Shown piece after piece: positions 52,790-64,000 of a stretch of 64,000 nt of DNA (positions within the stretch are counted from its first letter, which is position 1; the number at the start of each line of letters is the position of its first letter). The notes under the pieces were generated by a model that saw only the letters and a program-made list of their open reading frames with translations, did no database searches and had not been told where the DNA came from. Origin of the DNA: the human T2T-CHM13v2.0 reference genome, Homo sapiens; NCBI RefSeq assembly GCF_009914755.1, contig NC_060940.1, one strand, 5' to 3'. Position numbers and translations under genes: made by a program.

Positions 52790-53540
52790 CTCTACACTTT
52801 TACTGCCAACTAGTCCCTAAACACGTGCCTGTTATCTTGAGTGTTATATCAACAGGCCTAGAGAGTACACGCTCCTATGTGTCTGATTTCTTTTGCTCAG
52901 CCCTAGGCGGGGTGAGCCCCCAACTGCTGCGTGTAGCTGGAGTCGCTCCTTCACTGTCCCCGCTGCATTCTATGGTATGACTGTGCTATCACTGACCCAC
53001 TCTCCCATGGAGGGGCACCTGCTTGGTTTCCAGATTTTGGCTGTCACTGTGGGACCTGCAGTGAGTGGTCGTGCACAGGTGTACCTCTTTCAGAGCGGGC
53101 TTTCTGAGTCACAGGTGCATGCACATTCAGCGTGACGACCTGCTGACCTGCTGACAACCTGGGTTTCGTAGAAAGGTCATCCTCTTCCAGATACTCTTAG
53201 AGAGTTTAAGGAAACAACCTGTGACTAAGTGACCTTTCATGGCACGAAGGACATTACAGATGTGATCCTGAGTTGGGGAGAGCAGCCTGGATTATCCGGG
53301 TTGGCCCTGTCAATCGAGAGGGCCGGTCTCCTACGGGTCGCCCTAGTGCACACGGTCATGGGCAGCACGAGGGTTTCCGTGGCTCCGTATCCTCACTAAC
53401 ACTCAGTACTTTCAGTCGTTTATGTTTTAGCCATCCTGGTGGGCGGGGCGGTGCTCATTTTGGTTTAAATTTGCACTTTTCCGATGACCGGTGGGGTTGG
53501 GCTCCTTGCCTGTTTCTTGGTGAAGTGCCGCTTTAGGCTG
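52790..53540 (-). mobile_element. Old L1M fragment interrupted by a 160-bp duplicated insert
   Basis: GGTTTCCAGATTTTGGCT...TTTTAGCCATCCT...TTTGGTTTAAATTTGCAC antisense L1 motifs. Confidence 0.6.
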
Positions 53541-55664
53541 TCCAGCTTCTCCACTGCATTTCATCCTTCCCTGGTGGACACATGCGTGTTCCCGGGGATC
53601 AGAAAGGGGGCCCACACCGTGCTGCAGAGCTGGCATCTGCTCGAGTGGCTGCTGCCTGCAGCTAAGTATTTTGAATATCCGCCTGCCTACTCTGTGTGCG
53701 TCCTCTTGGTAAATAGAAGCTATGGTGGAAACCAGGAGAAGGTCTAAGTCTCAGACATGACAGCGGGTCCCACATGGGACTCCAAGGGATTCCATGAGGG
53801 AGTCCGGCCATCACTCAGCCTGGTGCTGATTCCTGCTGCTCGCCCGGGTCTTCCTGGCGGTTTCTAACACCAGCCCCAGGCTCCTCACCACATAGGCCCA
53901 TCCCTGCCCAGCCTGGACCGAGGTTCCTGCCATCCCCTCCTAATCCAGCTGCAGTCACAGTTAGCTGCATCTGTGCTCCCTACATGAGGGAGCCTTGTTT
54001 AGGGGGCTGGGCAGTGCTGATCCCAGAGCCGTACTCTTCCCAGAGGGAATGCATCACAGAAACATGTTTAAACTTGGCCTTGAGGTAAAAAAAAAAAAAA
54101 AAAAAAGAGTGTCAGATGGGGAAGGCAAGCATGACCTCCGAGGCCCACGGGGCATGCTGTGTCTGGGAGGTGGCTGTGCTGTGTAGGCACGGTGAGGGGT
54201 GTGATGGTGAGGTTGGGTAAGAGCCACAGTGGGGAATGGCCTTGAATGCCGGATTGTGTGTTAGGTTTATTCTTCGGCAATGGGACGCCATCAGAGATGT
54301 AAGACATGAGAGGGCACCAGGCTGACGTGGGTGACCTTAGGCTCTGACACTTTCTAGTGAGCTGAGCATGTATGGGTCACCTGGCTTTCCGGAGCCTCAG
54401 TTTCCTTATTTGCAAAACAGGGATGATGTTGGTAGTTTCTGTGGCTCCACGTGCTTGTGTGGGGCTCTTGGGTGAGTGCCTGCACCTGACTCACACGTGG
54501 CTCTCAATGAATTCTCAATAAATCCTATGACTACATCAAGGCAGGGGCTAGAGGGTCAGGGGTGTGTTCTGGAGATGTCCGGGCGGTGTGTGGCTGAAGG
54601 GCAAGAGAAAGGAGAGACTGGGGCTGGGAACCCGTATGGGAATGCTGAGTGTCCAGGCCACCCAGTAAAGGGTCAGGGAACCCAGGTTCAGAGCTGGGAC
54701 GTGGGGCCCACAGCGGGTGCTCCTGCATTTGCCCTCCCCAGCTCATGGTCTAGGAAAAGGAAACAGGGGAGGGCTCCTTATCCAGTCTCGGGGCCACAGA
54801 GGGATTTGGATGGAGGGCAGGTAGGGTTTGATCCAGGACTCAAAGAACTGAGAGGAGCTAAGATGACAGGGAGGGAGTGGGCATGACAGAGTGAGAAGGA
54901 CCAAGGTCAGAGAGCACATGGTGTGAGGGGAATGGTGAGGGGTGGAGGACGCCGTGCCACGAGGGCAGTGAGAAACAGGCCGGGCCACTACGGTGACGAG
55001 CTTGGTCTTTCCTTCCTGGACTTTGTCTTAATTCAGCAGCTCACATGGCATCGCAAAGCTCACTGGTGGCACCTCAGGAAGCTCTGCGCCACTTGGCAAT
55101 CATGAATAAAGCTGCCGTAAACATCTGTGTGCAGGTTTTAGTGTGGACATACGCTTTCAACTCATTCGGGTAAACACTTGAGAGCACGGTTGCTGGATCG
55201 AATGGGAAGAGTGTGTTTAGTTTTGCAAGAAACTGACGGGCTGTCTTTTAAAGTGGGGGTGCCAGCTTGCATCCTCATCCAGGAGCAATGGATGACAGCT
55301 CCTGTTGCTAAGAAGCTTTACGTTCAACCCTTGGATCTGTTTTGATTCAGCCAGGTGAGGCCATTCTTGCCTCTGACACCAGGGTGGCAGGATATTGATG
55401 TGGCCGAGAGCTTGCGCTTTGCTGCCATGTGAACGTGAACTAGTCATTCGGCGTGCCCACCCCAGGCCTCGTTTTCCCGTCTGTGGACAGAACATGAGGA
55501 TAGGATTTAACTTGTGGGGATGCTGGTAGAACACATGGGTCATGGAGCGGCAGCTGGGGGAGAGGAAGCCCTGGATAAACATTAGCCACCACTGTAACTG
55601 ATAGTGGGTTTTGTAGAAGGGTCATCCTATTACAGAGACTCTTAGAGAGTTCAAGGAAACAACC

Positions 55665-56500
55665 TGTGACTATGTGACCTTTCATGGCACGAAGGACATT
55701 ACAGATGTGACTTTGAGTTGGGGAGAGCAGCCTGGATTATCCGGGTTGGCCCTGTCAATCGAGAAAAATGACACGTGTCCGTCACTTTATGAGGTTTATT
55801 CGACAAAGTTAAGGATGCGCATCCGTGACACGACCTCGGGAAGTCCTGACGACATGTGCCCAAGGTGGTCGGGGCACAGCCTGGTTTTATACATTTTAGG
55901 GAGACATGAGACATCAATCAATACATGTAAGAAGTACACTGGTTCCATCCAGAAAGACGGGGACAGCTCCAAGCAGGAAAGGGGTTTCCAGGTCACAGGT
56001 AGGTGAGACAACTGGTTGCATTCTTTTGAGTTTAGAGACAACCGGTTGCATTCTTTTGAGTTTCTGGTAAGCGAGGCAATCAGAATATGCATCTATCTCA
56101 GTGAGCAGAGGGATGAGTTTGAATAGAATGGGAGGGAGTTTTGCCCTGAGCAGTTCCCAGCTTGAAGGGACCCAAGAGATTTTTCCTTTCACAGCCCCAC
56201 GTCTTCGCAGGAGTCGTTGTGAGAGGGAGGCAGGAGGGTCAGGGTCAGCAAGGAGATGGTTGATGGAGGCGGAGGTCAGGGCGATGCGACCGCTGGCTTT
56301 GAAGATGGCCGTGAGCCAGGGACTGCAGGTGGCCTCTAAAGGCTGGAGAAGCGAGGAAACAGATTCTCCCCTAAAGCCTCCAGAAAGGAACCGTTCTGCC
56401 CACACTTTGACTTCTCAAAACTGTAAAAGAATGAATGTGTGTTGTTTCAAGCCACTAAATTTGTGGTCATTTGTTACAGCCGCCATAGGAATCTCACACA
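55665..56500. mobile_element. MLT1D-like LTR split by the MER4A insertion
   Basis: CCTGGATTATCCGGGTTGGCCC on the left resumes after the MER4A and ends TTCAAGCCACTAAATTTGTGGTCATTTGTTACAG. Confidence 0.75.
55753..56193 (-). mobile_element. MER4A-type ERV1 solo LTR with 4-bp TSD
   Basis: Minus strand begins TGTGAAAGGAAAAATCTCTTGGG...CAAGCTGGGAACTGCTCAGGGCAAA; TG...CA termini; GCCC on both sides. Confidence 0.85.
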
Positions 56501-58125
56501 GAACCTCAGAGAGCAGGTGAGAAAACTGAGGCCCAGAGCTGGGTGCCCGGAGCCCAAGGCTCCACTGAGGACATGTGCCACCCCCGCATCCCCTGAATCT
56601 CCTTGTTCTCACCTGGCTTCTCTTTTGTCCTTTTCGTCAGTCCAGAGCACCGACTTTCTCAAAGGGGAGCTGTACTCTGCCCCAAGCACTTTGGGGACCC
56701 TGGGGTGAAAACCCCAAGGCTGAAAATAGCTCTGCACCTTGCTTGGTTACGTTTCTGCTTCTCCCCCTCTGTGAGGTCGATGGCTCACAAAGCCACTTCC
56801 TCCTGACTCGCTTCTGCCACCCTCGTCTTGCCTGGCATCTGCCTTCCTCCCGTGGCTGCCTCATGGGTTCTCTCTCTGTTATCCCAAGCTCTCAGCCATC
56901 CTGAGGTTGTCCTTGAGGTCTCTTTCCTTGGAAAAATTCCCAACACGTTCCCAGGCTGGGCAGCGGTTAGGGATTTCTGGGGTAGACGTTTTTTGTCTTT
57001 CTTTTTTTTCTTTTCACTATTATGATCTTCCTCGTTTTGAGGTTAAAGTCGGTGTTTCCTTTCTCTGGGTGTGAGAATCGACCATGATGCTGTCACAGCC
57101 AAGACATTTCCTCTCAAACCACGGTGAGCGCAGAGGTTTCACAAGAAATTTTCCTTCCCGTCCATCATGTTCTTGGGCTTGAACGAAAGGTTATTTGTAG
57201 TTGGAAAGTCTGAACGACATCATCAGACACGTTGTCTTAGGTTGTGTGGGAAGAAAAGAATCAGTTTAAACGAGGCTTACAATTTCGGTTGCATTTCAAA
57301 TGGGATTGCTTTAAAAATGCCAAGCACATAAGAAGAGCCTGTGCCTAGAAACTCAAACAGAGTGGATGCTGACCGGGTGTCCAGTCCACTCCCGGGGCAC
57401 AGAGCAGGCACTCGAGCGATGGTTGTCGAATGAACAACCAAATGGGTGAATGCGTGAGTGGGTGAGCAACACATTCTGAAGTGACCGGAATGTTCTGGAA
57501 CTGATCACCATCTTCTGCTAATGCTGACTCATGTTCTGACTTTGAACTGTTCATTAGGCGAGAGCTAACTACCTTGAGAGGCTCCTGGTGATCGTAACTC
57601 TTGCTGAATGGGGACGAAGAGGCACTTCAGTGTAATTAGTTCCAGTTCCATGACCCAAAGAGGCCTGAGCGGCAGCACGTTTCCAACACATGGCCTGCTC
57701 CAGGTCTTGAAGAAATAGACACAGGCACCACTAACGCTTTGGCTGATAGATTATGCCAGCAATCAAAAGGCTCTGTGGAGGATCTGGTGTACAGGGAAGA
57801 TAAACGTGTTTATTCTGTCTCATGCCCCTTCTTGAGCCAATCACTGTCAAGGGGGATGGGGGACCTTAGAGAGTGATGGGGATTCATAGCTGGGTGTGAG
57901 GATGGGGACTCTTCCCCTCAAGTCTATAGAGGAGGACTGGACATCTGCACAAAATCAGGGTTCTGTGAACAAGGAAGAAAGGAGGAATGTCCTAGTGACA
58001 ACTGAGCATCTTCCTAATTAGGACGGCAACTCAAGGTTGTTGAGAACCTGTGAACATACCATGCCACCTAACCCTCCCAACATCTTGCAAGAGCATCGTT
58101 CCCACTGTCTAGATAAAGAGACTGA

Positions 58126-58479
<354 letters not shown>

Positions 58480-60221
58480 TCATAGAACTTGGCCACTGAT
58501 GGGAACAGTGTTGCTTCACCTCCGACGTGCATTCTCCCTTTTCTCCTTGCTCATAGAGTCCTAATCTTGTTCAGCTATCGAGTCCTCCTCTGTATGGTTC
58601 AGTGGGAGGGGTCCCCATCCACACTACCAGCTATGAATCTTTATCCCTCTCTAAGGTCCCTCACCCTCTCGACAGTGATTGGCTCAGGAAGGGGCATGGG
58701 ACTGAATAATGGCCAATGAGCTGAGAGGAAAAAGACCTGCTGGGGCTTCCAGGAAGGTCCCTCCTTCCTTGCCACGTGGTGTGTCCAGAGGATGGGATGG
58801 AAATGGGGCCACCATCTTGCTGCCAGCCAAGGATGGCACTGACACGTGGAGACAGGAGTGGCAGAGCCTAAAGTGCCAGCTCCAGGCTGCCTTGATTTAG
58901 GACTCTCTGCGAGGCAGACCTTCCCTTGAGTTGGAGTCAAGGAACCTGACTCTGCTCCTTGCAGCCCGAGGCATCCTGAGGGACATTATCGGACTTCTCT
59001 TCCTCACCTCTTTCCCACCCCTTTCCTTGCCAATTAGAAAAGCTTGAGGACTCTAGAGCCTTCTGTTCCTGCCCCGGCCCCATCATTTACAGAAATGGCC
59101 CCACCCCTCTGGGCCTCCACTTGTTCAGCTGTAAAATGGGACTCTCCTGCCTTGCCCACTTGGCTGTGTTGCTGGAGTGAAAACGAGGTATCACATGCAA
59201 AGTAAGGCACTTTCAGAATGCCACTGGGCTAGAAAGAGTGAGAGAGGGTGAGCCACCTTTCCTATCATGCCATTTCTGGCATTGCCACAGAACCCAGCAC
59301 TCCACAGAGAATGGCACCTTGATGGATGGGCAGTGCTGTTTGCTCTTGGGTGTCTTCCTAATTCTCCTTTGACTGGTCTGCATAGTTTTTGTGCTGGTTA
59401 ATTGTATTTGGTGATGATAATACCAAGCCTTAATCCTCCCGGGGAGAGGGATGACCACAGCCAGCGGGCCATTTGCAGAACATTCCTTTGATGACAGCAT
59501 TGCAGAGCCTTGTATGCATTGTCCCAGCCCTGAATCAGTTAGAGGTGTTTGTTGTAAACAGCAAATGCCAACTGTGGTTAAGGTGCATGGGACCTCATAG
59601 AAGGATGTTGGGTGGGTGGACAACAGGTCCTGCTCCCTTGCTTCTTGGGTACTGGTTACAGAGTTGACGCCAGCTGTGGAGGTACCTGGGGAACCTCAGT
59701 CACCTGGCTGCACTCTAGCTGCAAAGGAGGCTGGGAGAATGAGTGTCTGGCATGTCCTACTCCCTTCTCACGGGAGGGGAAATCCTGTAAACAGCAGAGG
59801 GGCTCTTAGGCTGGGGTGCCCGCATTAGTGACAAACAGCCCCTACAGCGTAACGATGGACACTGACTGAGTAAATGAAAGTGGCCCGTAGTTCACCCCCC
59901 AGATATCTTTGTTCAGTTGTTCTGATGGCCTATCTAGTGTCTGAGAGTGTACTGGTTGGAAGGGGACTGAGAGCAAGGGCTCTCAGCATTTTTCTCTTGG
60001 TAACCTGCTTTTAAACACTGAAATTTGTGGCCAGTCATCTGAAAGGTTAAAAGCCTGAAAATAATAGCAAATAAATCAGCGAGAAGAGGGTTGAGCGATG
60101 ACTACAGTTTAACAGTCTCTCCCTATGTCCAAAAAAATGCTTAGAGCCCTTGTCACCTTTCGTCCCTGTCACTGGCTGAGCAGATGTCTCTGGCCCTCGC
60201 TGTAGGCTCTTGCACACTCAT

Positions 60222-60715
60222 TGTATTGGCCTCCCATAGCTGCTGTAATAAATAAGCGCAGATTTATGAATAATACAAATTTAGTCTCTTTCACTGCTGG
60301 AGGCCAGAAGTGCAATGTCAGTCCTAGTGGGCTCAGATGAACATGGGGGCTTTGTTCTTCCTGGAGGCTCTGGGGGAGAATCTGTTTCCTTGCTTCTTCC
60401 GCCTTCTACAAGCCACCTTCACTCCTTGGCTTGTGGGCCCTCCCCCTACTTCCAAAGCCAGCGATGCCAGGTGAGTCCCTCCCACATCCCACCTCTCTCT
60501 CTTCTGCCTCTTCTCCACTTATAAGGACGCTGTGATGACAGTGGGTCCACCCACATAATCCAGGATAAACTCCCTCTTTTAAGGTCAGCTGATTAGCAAC
60601 CTTGATTCCATCTGCAACCTTAATTCCCCCCTGCTGTGTAACCTAACCTGTCTATAAGTTCCGGGGTTAGGACATGGAGGTCTTGAGGATGGGACACCAT
60701 CATTCTGCCTGCCAC
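60222..60715. mobile_element. MLT1-type MaLR LTR
   Basis: GGAGGCTCTGGGGGAGAATCTG...TTAAGGTCAGCTGATTAGCAACC...ATTCTGCCTGCCACA. Confidence 0.72.
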
Positions 60716-61737
60716 ACTCCACAAGGCAAATCTTTCCCAAGTTCTAGGACCTACAGAGTCTTTCCTTCCATCCTGTGTCTTGTAGCTACCTGTGCTTTGT
60801 TCCACTACAGAACGTTCAGCTCAGTGTTTTGTCTTGTAATACTTGGTTAATTATTTAACAATTCCACGGATGTTTGCTAACCACCCACATGCCAAGCCTG
60901 GGTCCACATCAATGAGTAAAACATGGAGTTTCTGTCCAGCCGTGCTCCCTGTCTCCTGGGTAACAGTGACCGTCTTTGGAACATTGCCTGGTTCATCTCC
61001 TTTAGTTGCAAACAGTGCTGTGAGGTCATCATTATCGTCATTCCCATGTTACAGATGAGGAAGCAGAGGCACAGGGAAGTTAAGCGGCTTGCTACTCACC
61101 AGCATAGTCCAAGTCCAGGGCTCCTGCGCGTAACCATCATTCCTCGACGCTACGCTCACTGCAGAACTTATTGCTCTTACAGGACAACACTGACCTTGAC
61201 GTTGGTCAAGATTCGGCAGCCGTCCACCAAAGGGCAGCTGTGGATTAGCCTGACACACTGCTCTGTTTCGGGAGGACAGCTCTCAGCAACCAGTCCTGGC
61301 CTCTGTCTATGGAGATTTGGACACTGGAGTCCAGAAGGTCGCTAAGCTAAAGGACACATAGCTTGAGCTAGAATCCAGGTGTCCAGAATCTGGTAGCTTT
61401 TTCCTTCTGGAGCCGTGGAATCTTGTGGTTGACGGTGACCTCAGAGCATCATGCTCAGTTTTCCCACCTAGAGTAGGAACCCCAGCCACAGCACCGTCGG
61501 CTCATGGTCACTCAGCGTCCTTAAGTGCCCAGTGCAGCTTAACTCGGGCTGGTTGTGGACCCAGCCCAGAGCGACTGCAGAACCACAGCCCTTCCTGCTA
61601 CGGCCGCACCACCCACGTCCACAGTGAAGCTCGGCCACTTGCCCCTGGCCACGCATTAGGGAGCTTCAAAAAAGATCAGTGCCTGCACCAACCCAGGCTG
61701 CAATTTGAATCTCTAGAGATGAGGCCTGGGTATCTGA

Positions 61738-62040
61738 TTTTTTTTTTTTTTTTTTTTGAGACGGAGTCTTGCTCTGTCGCCCAAGCTGGAGTGCTGTGGC
61801 GCAATCTCAGCTCACTGCAAGCTCCACTTCCCGGTTCACGCTATTCTCCCACCTTAGCCTCCTGAGTAGCTGGGACTACAGGCGTCTGCCACCATGCCCG
61901 GCTAATTTTTTTGTATTTTTAGTAGAGACGGGGTTTCACCGTGTTAGCCAGGATGGTCTCGATCTCCTGACCTTGTGATCCACCTGCCTCGGCCTCCCAA
62001 AGTGCTGGAATTACAGGCGTGAGTCAGCGCGCCCAGCCGG
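61738..62040 (-). mobile_element. AluY
   Basis: CACCGTGTTAGCCAGGATGGTCTCGATCTCC diagnostic; TSD GGGTATC(T/C)GA. Confidence 0.9.
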
Positions 62041-62059
62041 GTATCCGAATTTTTTAAAG

Positions 62060-62640
62060 CATATAGACTTTGTTTTTTAGCACTGTTTTACAGATAAATT
62101 GAGGAAATAATACAAATGGTTCCCATCTACCTGCCTTCAGCTTCCCCTTTTACTAACATCTTACATTAGCATGGTGCATTCGTTCTAATTAATTAACCAA
62201 TAAGGATACATGATCATTAACTGAAATCCACACTTAATTCCAATTTCCTCAGATTTCCCCTCGTGGCTGTTTCTGTCCCAGGATCCCATCCAGGATTCCA
62301 CGTGACAGTCATTGGGTTTCCGTGGGCTCCTCTTGGCTGACAGTTTCTGGGACTTTGCCTGTCTGTGATGACGCTGATGGTTTTGAGGACTGCTCAGGTA
62401 GAATATTTTGTAGAAGATCCCTCAGTTTGGGCTTTTCTGATGTTTTTCTCATGGTTAAACTGGGGTTATCGGTTTTTGCGGGAAGATCTCAGATGAAAGT
62501 GCTGTTCTCATCACTTCCTATCCATGGTCCATGCTGTCCGTGTGACTTACCATGGTGGACGTTGACCTTGGCCACCTGGCTGGCTGTTGGGTTCTCCACT
62601 GGAAGTTTACTCTCTTCCCCCTTCCCATACTGCACTCTGG
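62060..62640 (-). mobile_element. L1MC-like 3' fragment
   Basis: CTGTCCCAGGATCCCATCCAGGATTCCAC...GTTTTGAGGACTGCTCAGGTAGAATATTTTGTAGAA. Confidence 0.6.
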
Positions 62641-63285
62641 AAGAAAACCAAAGCCCAGACTCACTAAATCCATTAAAGAACTTTCCTGAGGTAACAGAGC
62701 CAGGGAATAGTAAGTGGCTCAGGCCCTGGCCTCTCTCCCTTGGGAAACTGTGCTCTGAGGACCATCTGGTCTACCCAGGAGAGAAGCGGCTGAGGCAGCC
62801 TCTGTGGCCTTTCAAGCCCTGGTCTTCAAGGAGTTTTGACACAACCAAGATGCCCTTCATTTAGCAGCTATGCAAGACGTTCGCTAGAAAGTGAACATCT
62901 TTTCAAAAGCCGAGGAGCGTGGGTTTTGTGCTCTGTAAAGGTCTGCGTGGGCTGGCCCTGCTCATCCACCCCAACCCCTGATTCCTGGCTCTCTCTTGTT
63001 TCCCCTTGCTGTCCTGGCTCCAGGCACACTGGCTTTCTTCCACTTTCTCCAGCATGTCATGTCCCCTTCCATCTACCCTGGGGCTTTGCACGTGCCATGT
63101 CCTCTGCCTGGAATCCACTCTCTTTCCTCCTGTGCTGGCTAACTCCTGTTTCCTTCAGAGTCTACCTGAAGCAGGGTCTACCTCTTTAGGAAAACCTTTC
63201 CTGACCACCCTCCAGATTAGGGCTGCCCCCATTGCATATGCACAGGGCTCGCCACCTCAGCATGCATACGCTCCTGTGTGGGAGC

Positions 63286-63910
<625 letters not shown>

Positions 63911-64000
63911 AACAAGTTTTTCTTTTTAATTAGCATGTTTCCCCTATAAGACAATAAGTTCAAGAAGGACTAGACTGTGTCTGTCTGTGTTTACTGCTGT

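Noticed and set aside
53100-53111. TTTCTGAGTCA as an AICE
   Set aside because: Spacing and orientation fit neither AICE1 (4-nt spacer) nor AICE2 (GAAA-TGASTCA); it lies in an L1 fragment.
55753-56193. MER41 interferon-inducible LTR enhancer
   Set aside because: Terminal sequence fits MER4A rather than MER41, and I see no tandem GAS motif in it.
62322-62864. 180-aa ORF
   Set aside because: GTG start, largely within an old L1 3' fragment, no domain similarity.

Overview
Human genomic DNA (Alu-, L1- and LTR-rich) carrying the complete IRF8 (ICSBP) gene on the + strand. It has a CpG-island promoter with a GAS element, a non-coding exon 1 (~19660-19722) and eight coding exons (23514-41781). All eight coding exons have GT-AG boundaries and sum to 1281 nt = 426 aa. 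The 3' UTR ends near 43105, and the 5'-tailed mirtron MIR6774 lies at the end of intron 6. The flanks (~20 kb each side) hold no other supportable protein gene. They contain Alus, MaLR/ERV LTRs, an LTR-less ERV gag-pro-pol fragment, a VNTR and candidate enhancers. I found no evidence of a wholly new biological system. The most interesting signals are: candidate alternative 5' exons giving N-terminally extended IRF8; an intron-6 minisatellite that stays open in the IRF8 frame; a 160-bp local templated duplication carrying an LTR-LTR junction; and AICE/MARE/IRF motif clusters. Repeat family names are from memory of consensus sequences and their boundaries are approximate.
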